Made by a program: the position numbers and the translations under genes | Assembly (NCBI GenBank): GCA_904063045.1 | Contig: CAJFCJ010000033.1 | Location: forward strand, 1-64,000 | Reading direction: 5' to 3' | Source of the DNA: Dimorphilus gyrociliatus | Taxonomy: Eukaryota > Animalia > Annelida | DNA: 64,000 bases | In this document: piece after piece, positions 27,173-41,300 of the stretch | Layout of the letters: each line of letters starts with the position of its first letter | Numbering within the stretch: the stretch's first letter is position 1 | The notes under the pieces: generated by a model | What the model was told of the DNA's origin: nothing | The model's database searches: none | What the model saw: only the letters and a program-made list of their open reading frames with translations

Positions 27173-30100
27173 TCATTGCGATCTCAATTCCAAAAATCTG
27201 TTTGATAGTTGCGTATAATTTTGAGCATTTCCTACGGGAGGACCTTGAGGTGCTTGGTTTGGGAAAAGTATATTTCTAAGTTTTGCAGTTGACACTCTTG
27301 GAGCGTGAGGAGTATTTAAATTTTTAGCCAGGAACTTGCTCCATGGCCCATTACCAAATGCTTTATGCAAATTGTGAGCCAACATCAATAGATCCCTTTT
27401 TATGGTTAAAATATCAATTAATACCAAACCGCCAAAAGTTACCGATAGCATTGTTATTGCCACATTTCCATATGTTTTTGCATTAGGCGCTTCTTTTGGC
27501 TTGGGATTCGGATTATTCTCTACAAATTGAATGGAAAAAAATAAGATTTGTCGACAACGTTACAAAAAATTTAACTACCAACCCGTGCAATCTTTCGCTG
27601 TAGGTTTCCATTCTGCAGTTGGACCTGTTGGAAAACATTGGGAAACGAACCAAGTTTGCGATACGTATCCCAAGCTTGTATTCACTTTAAAGTGACTTTC
27701 CAACGGACAAGTAAAATTGACAAACGTCCAAGCAGTTGTATTCGTAGTATTACCCATAAGATCACTTTCCGATAAAATATCTTTACAGTGAACAATTACG
27801 CATTGCGGAACTGCTCCCGACCAAATTCCGTTCTCATCGCATCGAATAGACGCTTCAGTGATAATCTTTTCCGTTGCGTTATTTGTCCCATTGACGAATG
27901 ATCCAACCAGCGACTTTTCATCATCGGCCCCTGGAAGGGAGATTCTATAACCAGTTCGACAAACGTAGACAACCGTATTGTCGTAGTTGACGCTGAGATT
28001 GGATGGAATTCCATGATCCACAGTTGGAACGGATGGACAATAAATTTCTGAAAAAGGAGAGGAGAATTATTGAAGAGATTGCAAATAAAGAGAGAAGAAA
28101 TATATTTTCAGTATATTATTATACCTTCGCAACCTCTTTTAATCCAATATTCATCCAAACTCCACTTTTCGTTTTCCATACACGTAGAATTAATCACTTT
28201 TAGTAGAGGTTCTCCTTTCTTCTCAACCTTTCTTCTAAAATAGAATCCTTTATTACAACGATACGTAGCTACTGTATCCATATTCGTTGAGGTATAAGTA
28301 AGTTTAGCGTTTGCCAACTGAATAGGTATTGGACAAACAACTTCAATACATTCGGGAACAGTATCATTCCAAGAATCATCTCTACGGCATTCAATTGGCC
28401 AGAATTTTGCTGTTGTGTCTTTAAATTTATGCCCTCTCTTACAATTATAAACCCAAACACTACCAAAGTTTGTTACCTTTCCCGAAACTTGGCTTTTTGG
28501 GACTGTCAACGGTCTCTTACATCGTTCAGTTGAACAATTTCCGCTACTTTGCGACCAATCTCCAGATGGAAGGCAAGTTAAAAATCTTTCTTTTGTACCA
28601 TCTGGTAAATATCCACCTTTGCAGTATACGTTCAGCACTACATCAACTTTATATAAACCACTAATGCTTGAATTCATGCTTAAGCCTTTTGGTGCAAAGC
28701 CATGACTGGAGCAGAATGTCTCTCTGCAACCCTCTGGATTAGGAACCGACCATACTGATTCCTTTGTACATTCAATTTCAAGTGAAAGTGTTTTGTTTGG
28801 AAAGGAATAATGATGTAGACAGTCATATTTAATTTTCGTCCCCATAGGAAAAGCTTTGGGACGATTATCCGTTGTATTGCCTACTGTAGGTGGCGGAGGA
28901 CAATTCCAAGGCGAACACGCAGGGAGACCGATAGGGTCCCATGTTTGTTTGCTAGTACAATTTATATATTTCGTTCTATGACCGTCAGGAAATCGCATTC
29001 CGTCATTACATGTTATCTTGGCAAAGCTTTGAGTATCCAACTGAACCACCTTTGCATTGAACACTTGCGGTGTTGGTCCACACCTTCCAGGTAGACAGGA
29101 CGGCCCGCGAGGCTGTAACCAACCAGAAAGTTTACAGTAGGCTCTTGTGCCATCTCTTCCATCGACGTGTAGTGTACCAGGAGGACAAGGGATCCATGTC
29201 GTTTGCATGTATTTCAGAGATTTCTTTGTTCCATTAACTACTGTAGTACACAATACGTCTCTACATTTCCACTCCGAAGGGTCGGGTATCCATTTTTGAT
29301 TATGCGAACAAGTAATTATACGGCTATAGTCTAATTCCCCAAAATGCATACCTAACGGACAACGATACTCTAAAAGTGAACCTATCAAGTTCACTTTTGG
29401 AGAAATTATATCCGCTTTGGGTACTTTAAAAGGGGTTGGACATGTTGTAGGAACGCATTTCGGAAGTTCCTTATCCCATTTACCGCCTTCCAAACATTTT
29501 ATTGTTCTACTATTTTCTGCAGGATTGTCCTTTAGATGGTAATCCTTCCAGCAATAAAATGAAACATATCCATTAACTGGAGTATACCCTTCGTAACCAA
29601 CTCTATTAGCATTTTCAACATTAGGCAACCCCTGACAAATTCCATTTTCTAATTCAATAGGATCTACGTCACCTGGTGGCTTTTGAGTAATTGTTGTTGG
29701 AATCTTGATACAGATGGGACGGGAGCCTGTCCAAGATTTATCAGCTTGGCACTTTCGTTTTAGAGTACCAACATCTAGAATATAGCCACTAACACACGAG
29801 TAGACAATCTCCTCATTATAAGTACTTGCTTCGACAATTACTTGAGCGTTATCAACATCACCAAGATCTGTACAAGTTACAGCTTCGCAAACCAGAGGAA
29901 ATCCGTCCCATGTTGTGTCAGCTTGGCAAGTTATTTCTTTATTTCCGTCGGCTTCTTCGTATCCCTCTAGACACTTGAATATCAGTTTTGATTTGTATTT
30001 CATTTCGGTTCCTATCTTAATGGCGTTGGTTGGTTCGCCAGGAGAATCGCACGATAGTGGACTGCATACGGGAAGGGTTCCAGACCATTGACCGTTCGCT

Positions 30101-33100
30101 TGACAAATTCTACTCTCGCTAGCTCCAATTACAGTTGAATAGCCAGCTTCGCAAACGTATTTGATTGTATCGGTGAATTTCGTTGAATTTGCTATAAGAT
30201 TCCCGTGAGGTATTTCCTCTGGCGTGGTGCAATTAATTCTATCACAGAACGGCTTTATACCCTTCCAAGTTTTATCGTGTTGACATACTAATTTAGTTCC
30301 GCCTCTAGCAACGTAGCCACCTCTACATTCGTAGCTTACTATATCCTCGAACAAGTATCCTCCAATTTGTTCTGCATTGTCAATGTCTCCAGGATTACCG
30401 CAAGAGATCTTTTTGCAGGAGGGTTTAGTTTCATTCCATTTTCCGTCAGCACCGCAATAGATATCCGCCGGTCCTTCCGATAAGTAATAGCCGGAAAGGC
30501 AGCTATATTTAACAATATCTGTGTAGAGGAAGGAGTTTGCAGTTATATTTGAATTTGAAACCGATGGTGGATTTCCACAAGATACTCCTGCAAAGGAAAA
30601 TGACGACAAAAATGAAACGATCTAGTTTTTTATTGAACAAAATTAAAACAAACTTCGACAGGTTGGTGAAGTACCGTTCCATTGGAGGGTACTACCAATA
30701 ACAATGCATGTTCTTTCCATATTACCAGTATTATATTCGTGTCCTATATTGCAGGTATAAACTATCGTATCATTATAGTAAAAATTTCCCGTATATGTAG
30801 CGTTGTTCACACTAGGTGGCTTGCTGCACTTATCGGCTACGCAAGTAGGTCCATTGTCACTCCATTTTCCATCAGATTGACAAGTGATTTTTAAACTTCC
30901 ATTTGAACTTATATAACCAGGAAAGCATGAATAATTTGCGATATCTTGATAAAGGGTGGTAGCGAGATTTCTAACACCATTACTTACCGGGGTAGGTTCA
31001 CCACAGTTTATTTTCTCGCATTTTGGAAGTTCACCAAGCCAAGTTGCATTATCGAGGCAAGTCATGTATTTATTTCCACTAACCATTTTATATCCAGTAT
31101 TACATTTCCAAGAAATAGAATGGTTAAAGTCGTACCTGTCCCAATTGCTCTCTCCATTTTCTATAGTCATTACTACGCAGTTGATCTTGAGACATAGCGG
31201 CGGTTTTCCAGACCAAGTACCATCAGATTGGCACATTCTCACCATGGATCCAGTTGTTAAATTATACATTTGAGTACATTCATAAGTTACGTTTTCGCCA
31301 ACTTTACTGCTATTAAATATAATATTTGTCTGGTTTACACTAGCAAGTACAGGGCAATGAGTTGCTTCACAAAATGGAGGAGTGCTCCAACTTCCATTGA
31401 CTAAGCATGTCGATTTATTGTGTGCTTGAATTTTAAAATATTGATCGCAGCTGTAAAATATTACATCCTTGTATTTTGTTGGCCCAGGTGTAAATGAGCC
31501 ATTCAATATATTCGGTGGAGTATTACAATCGACGAGAGAACAATTCGGTTGGATACCACTCCAAGTGCCATTTTCAAGACATTTTCTTTCTGCATTTCCG
31601 AATAGAATTGCAAAACCAGCAATGCATGTGTATTGGATAAGATGATCAACTTTAAAAGGCGGATTATTGGGACTCCTTGTGGCGTTAAAGATTGTTCCAG
31701 GATCCTCACAGGTCTCCCTTTTGCAGACAGGTAACGCTGTCCAGTTTCCATCGTCTTGGCACTCTACATAATCAAAACTTTCTATTTTGAAGTGGTTATT
31801 ACAATAATAATAGGCTTTAGCATTGTAATAATTTCTAGACATTGTATCATTAACTGTTCCATCTAATACTATTGGATAATCTCCACAGGAGACGTCTAAG
31901 GACAAAAGAAAAAAGTGAAAAAATGATTAAATTATAAATCAACAACGCAAATTACATTGGCAAACTGGAGCTGTTCCGCTAAAACTTCCATTATTTTGGC
32001 AAGTTCTAAGATAATCACCACTCTTCCTAGCATTACCTTCGGAACAGTTATACATAATACTTGTACCAACTTTAAAATTATCAAGAACTGTCATTGTTGC
32101 ATTTGTAATATTGCTTGGACTGGGACAGCTTACTCCTAAAAATTTTGAAAAAAAGAAATAATCAATTCTTCAACAAATATATTTTAAGGAAAAAAAATGT
32201 ACTTTTGCATGTTGGAAGATTTGACCAAGTTCCGTTGTCTTGACAAATGGCGCTTGGAGAGCCAACCAGTGTGAAGTGATTATTACATGTATAAGCGATA
32301 TTCGCATTGTATGTAGTATCCGAGCTTATGACATCACCGTTAAGCGGCTTTGTTGGTGTTAAACAATCGACAGTATTACAATCTGGTAAATCGTCAGGTT
32401 CCCACCTTCTTGATCCCTTGCGATCGCCACAAGTAAAATTTAATTGTTTCGAGCGATTAGAAGCTTCAAATCCAACTTTACACGTATACGTTGTCTTCAT
32501 GAGATATGCATATCCCTCTATACTTGTACGGTCCGAGTTTGTTTTAGCCAGTGGCGGTTCTGAACATTCGAAATCTTCATAAAGAAAAATTATTGAATTA
32601 AATAAATGCTTCGTAACAAGTACTTTACTGTATAATTACATAGACAAGCATAAAGATGTGGACTATTGCAATCAGCAGATTGGTATATGTTATTTGAAAA
32701 AATAACGCACTCTTCAGGGTCACTTGATAATACGCCAGGAATCGCATTTCCAGTTGGAAACGTAAAAGACATACCATTTTTTTTGTAACCATTTACAATA
32801 AGTCTGAAATAAGGTGAAAATTTACAATTTTTGAATTAAGAACTAACAATCTATTTAGTATACTAACGAAGATGAGCTGTCTTTCGTATATTGTATAAAA
32901 TATGACCCAGCAAATTTCGATAAATCTTCAGCCATCAGCTCGGAATTTTTCGCTTCGCAATCCAGTCTAGCCTCTTCATATTTCTTTTTGACGTTTGAAT
33001 GATCAAAAGAGAAATAGACGCAGTACTTTTGCGTAAAATTTGAAACAATTTTAAAATTGCTTGGGCAATGAACTGAAATTAGAAGAAAAAAAAGGGATAG

Positions 33101-36100
33101 AGATCGACGGAATTTTTAGATTATTCATATAGTTACATGAGCAATCGTGTTGAACAAGACTCCAATTACCAAAAATTAAACAACGAGTATCGGCTATTGA
33201 TGTAGGAGCGAAGTGAAGTTGATCAGTATTCGTTATATAACTATTTGCATCGCACTGTAATGTTGCCAATGAGGCAAACTTTGCATTAGATATATCACCC
33301 CAACTTCCATTATTAACGGCATCAATTGAGTTCGGGCAAGTTATCTCTGAAATTGTTCAATAGATAAAAAGAAAACCCATAATATCTTAATTTTGAAAAT
33401 AAACAACATTCTACCTTCATTACAAGTTTCTCCTGTATAAGAAGGAGCGCAATAGCATTTTTTAGAGCCAGGTGTTTTGTAGGGTATGCATGTTCCGCCA
33501 TTTTCACAAGTTGATGGACTACATGAGCTGCTCGTATCTTTGATTAGTGAAATGAATACCATTAGTATTTAATTGGGAAAGATCAATCGGAGTACCTGAC
33601 AGGCATACTAGATCTCCAAGTGTCAATTGAAAAGACTTGTCCGCACTCCATGAAATAGTCTTAACAGGAACTCGATCTGATCCAAGAATTACTCCCTCAT
33701 CTGAACCGTCAGTATAGCTGCAGCCACATTGATGATGAAGGGGACCTGTACGTAACGTAAAAAGGATGAATTAGAAGAGTTCATCTCTGCACAAAAACGA
33801 AACTCTACCCCTATAATCACAAATATGATCAGTTTCAGAATCGTTTAATAAATAAGTCGCTCCAACCAAAGGTTCAAAGATGATTTGAGAAACAGGATTT
33901 TCATTCAAGCATGATGAAATTGTTAACTTTTGTTCACAGTACGAATGTAGTGACCTCAATAAATGCAGTTCATCATCTTTTACTCTGAAAATTAGAAAAT
34001 GAACGTGTTAAAAAGCCTAGATAATTATAATCTTTTCTTCTTCCATCAATTCTCAACTTACGAATAATCAATAGAGGAATTAGAAGCAACATTTTTACTT
34101 AACAAAAGAATCGTTCTTGGATCTTCATAATCCATATCACACTGCACTTTAAAAGGATGTAAAGGACCGTCAGGTCCGTCTACATCTATTTTTTTTTCCC
34201 CACTCGTAGGGTCAGATACTTTGTAGCCATTACAAGTTTTCTCATAGCTATTTTCTAGAAAATTTTATATGTAAGAATTAAAAAGTGTAAGGGAAAGAAA
34301 ATTGACAAACCATCACAATCGGGCGCTGTATCAGCCCATTCCCATCCATTTAGGTTACAAACTTGCTTATATCTTTTTCCATCTGCAGATTTGTCGTAAC
34401 CTGGCTTACAAACGTATTCAGCTACGTCTCCTAAATATATTGTCCCAGAAATAGCTGAACGTATGCTATTTTTAATAGTCGGAGGATTTAAGCAGTCGTG
34501 TAATGTACAATCTGAAGGAGTAACATTCCAGTTTCCTTCCGAAGAGCATCCAAGATGTTGGTAGACTGACGTTCTGTTTACCGAGTGTCTTCGGTCACAC
34601 AACAAGCTAACGCTACCTCCTGGAAACCAGTTGGACGGATGAATACTTGTAAGATCAACGTTTTTCAAAGATTGTATAGTAGAACACTTTTTAGCTTGGC
34701 ACAGAAAAGGAACAAGAGTAGCACAATCGGCTACATGCCATCGTAACGGTTTTGATTCATTGCATAGAGAGGCATGAATACACTTTCCTTCAGGAAGGTG
34801 ATCAGCAATCAGATAAGCGTCCTGACTTGAACTTTTGACAGCATCTTCATTCGACCACTTAAGGATACCGGTATCATTTTTAACGCCTATTAGAGTTGTT
34901 GTAGGCCCTAATTGAATTTGGTCACGCAACCAATTGGCCGTTTCGTTAGTATCTAAATCACTTATACGAGCGGCCAATTTTGAACAGATATACGCAGCGT
35001 CATCTTTGGTTCCGACAATATTGGCCATTTGAGAAGGCCAGTAGCACTCCAATTTATGTGGCAAAAAATCGGATGGACACCATACTTTAAAATAGAAAAC
35101 AATTAAAAATTTGTACTTAAACAATAAAGAAATAAAGATCTACTAACAATTGCAGGTCAAACTACCATTTCCAGTCCATTCGCCATTTAAGCCGCAATGT
35201 CTCACGTACATATTAAAAGTATTATTGAGTATGTATCCTTCATCACTGCAGTTATAAATAGCCTTTGCACCATATATTAACTTACCGTCTACCATTTCTT
35301 CGGCAACTACGACTCCGTTGTTGTCTTCATTTAGAGTCGGACAAGTTTTCTCTACAAATCATCGTATTGAATTTCCTTTATTTATAGTTCTTAAGTACAA
35401 CCTACCTGTTTGGCAATTGTCACCTTCATAGCCAGGTTTACAAATACATTCTCTGTGACTCTCGTTATATGGTTTACAGAATCCATTTTGACATGGATTT
35501 GCACTGCATATATCAGCGCCAAGAAACGATTCTGGCAGACAGGATAGGTATTCTACTTGAATTGTTAAAGGTTTTCCCGGCACTTTTTTGTATCTCAGTT
35601 CGTAAATAGCTAGTTTATCTTTGTCAATAATATATCCATCTTCTACTATGGCCGAAGTTGTTTCGCTATTGCATTTACATGGGTTGGACGGATCATTGTT
35701 AGTGCATATATTCTCAGTCCCGTAAACTAAATCCCTAGACGTGGAATACGTAATGACACCATATTTTTCATATGCCCATTTGAAATCATCATAGATTTCG
35801 GCTCCATTTGAACAGGTGAATTTTATCTTTATTGAACAGAATACGGATTGGTTGACGAGTTTCCTGACAGAAATAAGACAATGTATATGAATAGCACATT
35901 AAAATAACTTTTGCTTCTTGGAATGTTGTTTATTTACGAACTATTGAATAATATTTGATAAAATTATTTTGAATAGACTGAGTGATAATAGAAGTATCGA
36001 ACGTGTTTAAAATAAAACTACGTATATATCATAATAGGCCATTTTAAAGAAAACAAAAGAAATATTATTAATCTATTTGAAAAAAAACTTATAGAAAAAT

Positions 36101-37372
36101 AATGAAATTTTGTTGAAATATATTGTTTTTTTTATCAATTTTATGGCGCTAATTTATCGATTAATGCTTTTGTACAAACTTGTAGATTATTTGATTTTCA
36201 AGGCGATAGACTTAGAATCAAAGCTTACTCGATAAGTTCAAAATTAACATTATCCCCATAGGTAAACGATTGCTTGCAATCAGAGCCTGTACATTCTTCT
36301 TTTGTTGAGATATCAAGTTGCAGCCATGAAAGATTGTTTGATTCGGTGCAGTTTACCTTAAAAGTTTCGCTATTATCGATAGTTACATTATCGGCGGCTG
36401 GATTAGTCGAGCAGGGGTTGGACACTGAAGGGAAAAAAGGAAAAGGTAAAAAAAGTTATAAGAAAAAAGAAGGGATAAAAGTAGAAAAGATGAAATCAAC
36501 AACTTAAGCATTTGCCAGTTAAGAAATACTTCAATAGTGGTCAATTATTGTTGATTAACAAATATGAATACGTAGTATAGATGTATATAAAATGCATATA
36601 CTTTTTTATAAATATTTAAATACCACCGGTACAAATATTTGACGAGAATTAAAAGTCTATTTTGAACACATAGCTTTACTGAATCAATGCGATAAAAAGG
36701 AATTACTCAGGAATAATTTATGGCATCTTTTTTCGGACGTATTGACATATTGACTAGGCAATTAGACGTTCAGAATGTGGAAGACGTCTAAATTTACATA
36801 ATTACCAGTAATTTATTAGAAGAAAAAAAATTATAAATTTTATTGATTGTTAAAAAGAGAAAAATTTCTTCTTTTTATCCTTAATAATATCTTAATCTTA
36901 ATTCTTGATAATTTATAGTTCTTCCTAATTTTTTTCACTTCTGAAAAGAAATAGATAAATTCATATTCTGTATTTTATATCATTTTTATTCTCAATTATA
37001 TTTGATATTCTTTTATGAAAGCTTTTTCCTTCATTTTTATTAAATAAAAAATAATTGCCAGTCATGTTTCCAACGCAATAAATGAACAAATATATTTACT
37101 CATTTATTCATTTAACAAATACCTAAAAAAAGGTACAAATCGTTAAATATTCAAATAAAGATGGAGATCAAAGTCTATTCGAACATTCCAAAATAAATGT
37201 TCTTTTTGTTTTTTTTTTAAATATTTAACCGCGGAGCTGTTTTGTTCTTTTAAGAACATTTTGCGAAAATTTAATAAGAAAGACAAAAGAATAAGGCCGA
37301 AATTAACTTACCTGCTTGAGAAGAAGGTCGAAAAAAAGTAAATAAAAAAAACGTTAGAGTAAACTTGAACAT
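27173..37372 (-). CDS. Giant sushi/CCP-repeat type I membrane receptor 1: signal peptide, two modules of [Caspr-type fibrinogen-like, EGF, sushi, C-type lectin], many sushi domains, TM and a ~75-aa tail
   Basis: Signal exon 37372-37312 (MFKFTLTFFLFTFFRPSSQA). Repeated C-x-x-P...Y-x-C-x-x-G(Y/F)...C...G-x-W...P-x-C sushi pattern in ORFs 28108-31905. EGF CSPSTCENGGTC; lectin ORF 34255-35124; Caspr-like DVDGPDGPLHPFKVQC and VPVKTI...LGDLVC; TM VAITMLSVTFGGLVLIDIL. Confidence 0.9.
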
Positions 37373-38367
37373 GTTTGCAAGCTTCGCGTCAACTGACAAG
37401 CGAATGACTTTGAAAGAACAATGAATTAATGATAAACTCGTCACCATGTTCATAGTCGATAATTCGTTATGCGTACAAAAGCCGGTTTTGTTACCGCTTG
37501 TTTTAATTAAATGCTATTTGTAAATCAATTTTAAAAAAAGTGAAAGCATAGAATATTCGAACGGAAACCCTTTTTCCAAAAAAGAATGTGCTCATTAAAT
37601 ATTCGATCGGAAGTATTTTTCTTATGCGAATTGTATATAGCTATTTATATGTATTAGTTTTATAACAAAAACAAAAAAACATTATGTATTCCTTTTTCTC
37701 GTTAGTCTCTTTGTTCATATTTCTAATCTCCAAAAGAGAAGCAGAGGATTAAAAATTATCATTATAGAATGGTATACATTAGCCATTATTACCTCTGTAT
37801 TAAAAATTAAAAATCATTGCCAACCTATATGATTTGATAAATTATTGAAAATTTAAAGTTATATTTCCAAAGAGATTTTTACCGAATGAATGAAGTGAAT
37901 ATATCTTAATGTTCAATATGAAAAGAGTAGAGTAAAAATTTCTACAAAGACTATGAATATTTATTAATCTCGTAATGGTCAGTTTTGTGTATTTAAATAT
38001 TATTTTTTTATATATTTATATATTAATACGTACAGTATGTACTGTAAATAAATTACTTGTCTTAAGCTAAATATTGGATATCAGGAACCGGATATTACCA
38101 TTTTCACTACTGAATTTCGTCTCATGTTGTTTGTTAATAATATTCGTTATTATTAGAAAACCATTGTTTATTTATAATTAACTACAAGTACATATAGAAA
38201 TTCTAAAAGAGAGCAACAGTTAAAGGTAATTTTCTCCCCATTCACATATTGACTCTCTTTTTCTTTCTCTTCCTCCCTCTTTCTCTTTTTTTCATTTATT
38301 ACCTTCCGATAAATATCGATATTTAATATTTAATGAAAAAATGTTTTCTCCCTCTTATTATAATGAA

Positions 38368-41300
38368 TTATTGCGCTCGTAAATCGAGAAATTGATTCGA
38401 AAGATTGGAATAGTTCTGGGTAGCTCCTAATTGTGGACCCTGTCCTGCTTGTCCAGGAAAAAGGATACTTCTTAATTTAGCCGTCGATATTCTAGGGCCG
38501 TTGACCGTATTTGCGTTCTTCGCTAGAAATTTACTCCACGGTCCTTGACCAAAAGCTTTATGTAGATTATGCGCCAAGGTAAGAATATCTTTCTTTATAG
38601 TTAAAATATCAACAACTACCAAACCGCCAAAGGTAACCGTTAGCATAGCTATTGCAATATTTCCGTAGGCGTTTGCGTTGGGGGCCTCTTTTGGTTCGGA
38701 ATTGTTATTGGTATCTTAAAACATAAAAGACATTGATTAGTCAGACATTCACTTTAGTTTGTATCATAATACAATGATACATTTTTGAATAAGCTATAAT
38801 TCACTGTAAATATTAATTATATTTGAATTATTAAGTAACCTAGAAATACATACAATAACATACAAAAATCCATACAGCATAAACTTTATTCAATTTGAAT
38901 GGATCAATAAAATTACCTATATAATAGCGTCTAAAGTGCAAAGATATCTTACCCGTACAATCTTTTGCCGTAGGTTTCCATTCTGCAGTTGGACCTGTTG
39001 GAAAACATTGGGAAACGAACCAAGTTTGCGATACGTATCCCAAGCTTGTATTCACTTTAAAGTGACTTTCCAACGGACAAGTAAAATTGACAAACGTCCA
39101 AGCAGTTGTATTCGTAGTATTACCCATAAGATCACTTTCCGATAAAATATCTTTACAGTGAACAATTACGCATTGCGGAACTGCTCCCGACCAAATTCCG
39201 TTCTCATCGCATCGAATAGACGCTTCAGTGATAATCTTTTCCGTTGCGTTATTTGTCCCATTGACGAATGATCCAACCAGCGACTTTTCATCATCGGCCC
39301 CTGGAAGGGAGATTCTATAACCAGTTCGACAAACGTAGACAACCGTATTGTCGTATTTGACGCTGAGATTGGATGGAATTCCAAACTCAACAATTGGCAC
39401 ATGAGGACATTGAATTTCTGTAATAGTAAAAAAGAAACCAAATCAATATAATGTACCGTAGTTATAGAGATAAGTAATTATAAATATGTTGAAAATAGAA
39501 ACCTTCACAGCCTTTTTTTATCCAATAATCGTCTAAACTCCATACTTCATTTCGTAAACAAGTCGAGTTTATTTCCTTTTGGAGGGGTACCCCTTCCTTT
39601 ACGATCTTCCCCTTCAAGTGAAATCCCCTATTACAACGATGGGTTGCTACAGATCCCATAATTTTTTTTGTGTAGATAGTATTGGAATTCGCTATCGTTA
39701 CGGGATTGGGGCAAAACACTTCGATACATTCGGGAACAGTATCATTCCAAGATTTATTTAATTGGCATTCAATTGAAATTGATATTGCGTCGGAATTTTT
39801 AAATTTATGCCCCTTTATACATTCATAAATCCAAACGCTACCGATATCCGTCACGTTACCCGTTGAAATAATACTTCTTGGCACATCGGGAGGTCTTTCA
39901 CACCTTGCGTTCGAACAGTCGCCACTGGAGGAAGACCAGTCGCTCGAAGGTAAACATTGAATTGTTTTCTCGGTGGTGCCATCTGGTAAATAAGCGTTCA
40001 AACACCACAACATAAGTACAGTATCCACGGAATGTAATTGTTTAGTTGAATTCATCTTAAGCGTTTCGCTAAAATCGGATGTCGAGCAGAAAGTCTCTTC
40101 GCAGTCGTCCGGATTCGGCGTGGACCACTTCGAATCCTTTGTACATAGTATTTCAAGTGATAATTTTTTATTGGGGAAAGAGTGGTGACGAATACATTCG
40201 TAGTTAATTTTCGTACCCATAGGATAACGGTTGGGTTTGTTGTCTGTTGAGTTGGCCACTTTCGGAGGAGGTGGACAATTCCAAGGAGAGCAGGGATCAA
40301 CTGACAGCGGTTCCCAAAAGCCGTTTTCCGTACAATTTACGGTCTTTGTCCGATGTCCATCGGGGAATCTCATTCCGTCAAAACAAACGAAGATAGCATA
40401 TTTCGCTGGTTCTATATCTAACATACTACTATTTTTCGACATAGGAACGGGTCCGCACCTTCCTGAGGCGCAAGATGGCGCTCGAGGATGCATCCAACCG
40501 GAGAGTCTGCAATAGCTAGTAACTCCATTTCTACCATCCGTATGAAGTTGATTTTGAGGGCACGGTAGCCAAACTGTTTCCATATACTTTATAATTTTTT
40601 TCTTACCCTTTAAATCTGCTATGCATGTTATCAATTTACACCCCCATTCAGAAGCGTCAACCGACCATTTCTTGTTATCCATACAGGCTATTATACGACT
40701 GAAATCGCCTTCTTTAAATATCATTCCAGTTGGACATCGATATTCCCAAACAGTTCCTATTAGATGTACTTTGGGTCCATTAGTTATAGCGTTTGGAACG
40801 TGCGGTGGTTTAGGACAAACTGCCGGTATGCAATTAGGAAGTTTAGCGTCCCAAATTCCTCCAGATTTGCAAGTTATTTTTAACGTAATCGCTTTTTCAT
40901 CGTGTTCAAAGTGGTAATTTTCTAAACATCTAAATATTATGCTTATTCCCACTTCAGCATAACCGTCTAGACCGTATCTTATCCCTCCCTGTATATCTCC
41001 AAGTGGTGTACATATGTTGTTCTCGAGATCTCGTTGACTAAGTTCTTCAGTGGCTTTATCATCTGTACCTCCGGATGGTTTTTTCGGAATGGGTGAACAT
41101 TTTGCAGGCGATCCAGACCAGCGAAGGCTTGACAAACACTGTCTAGTTGCACTTCCATCCGATAGAATATAGCCATAATCACAAATATAGGTTACTACAT
41201 CTTCATAATAATATTCACCGAATTTTTGGGCATTTTCCCCATCCTCCGGATCGGGACATTTCATTTTTTCACAATATAATGGTAAGCCACTCCAGGACGT

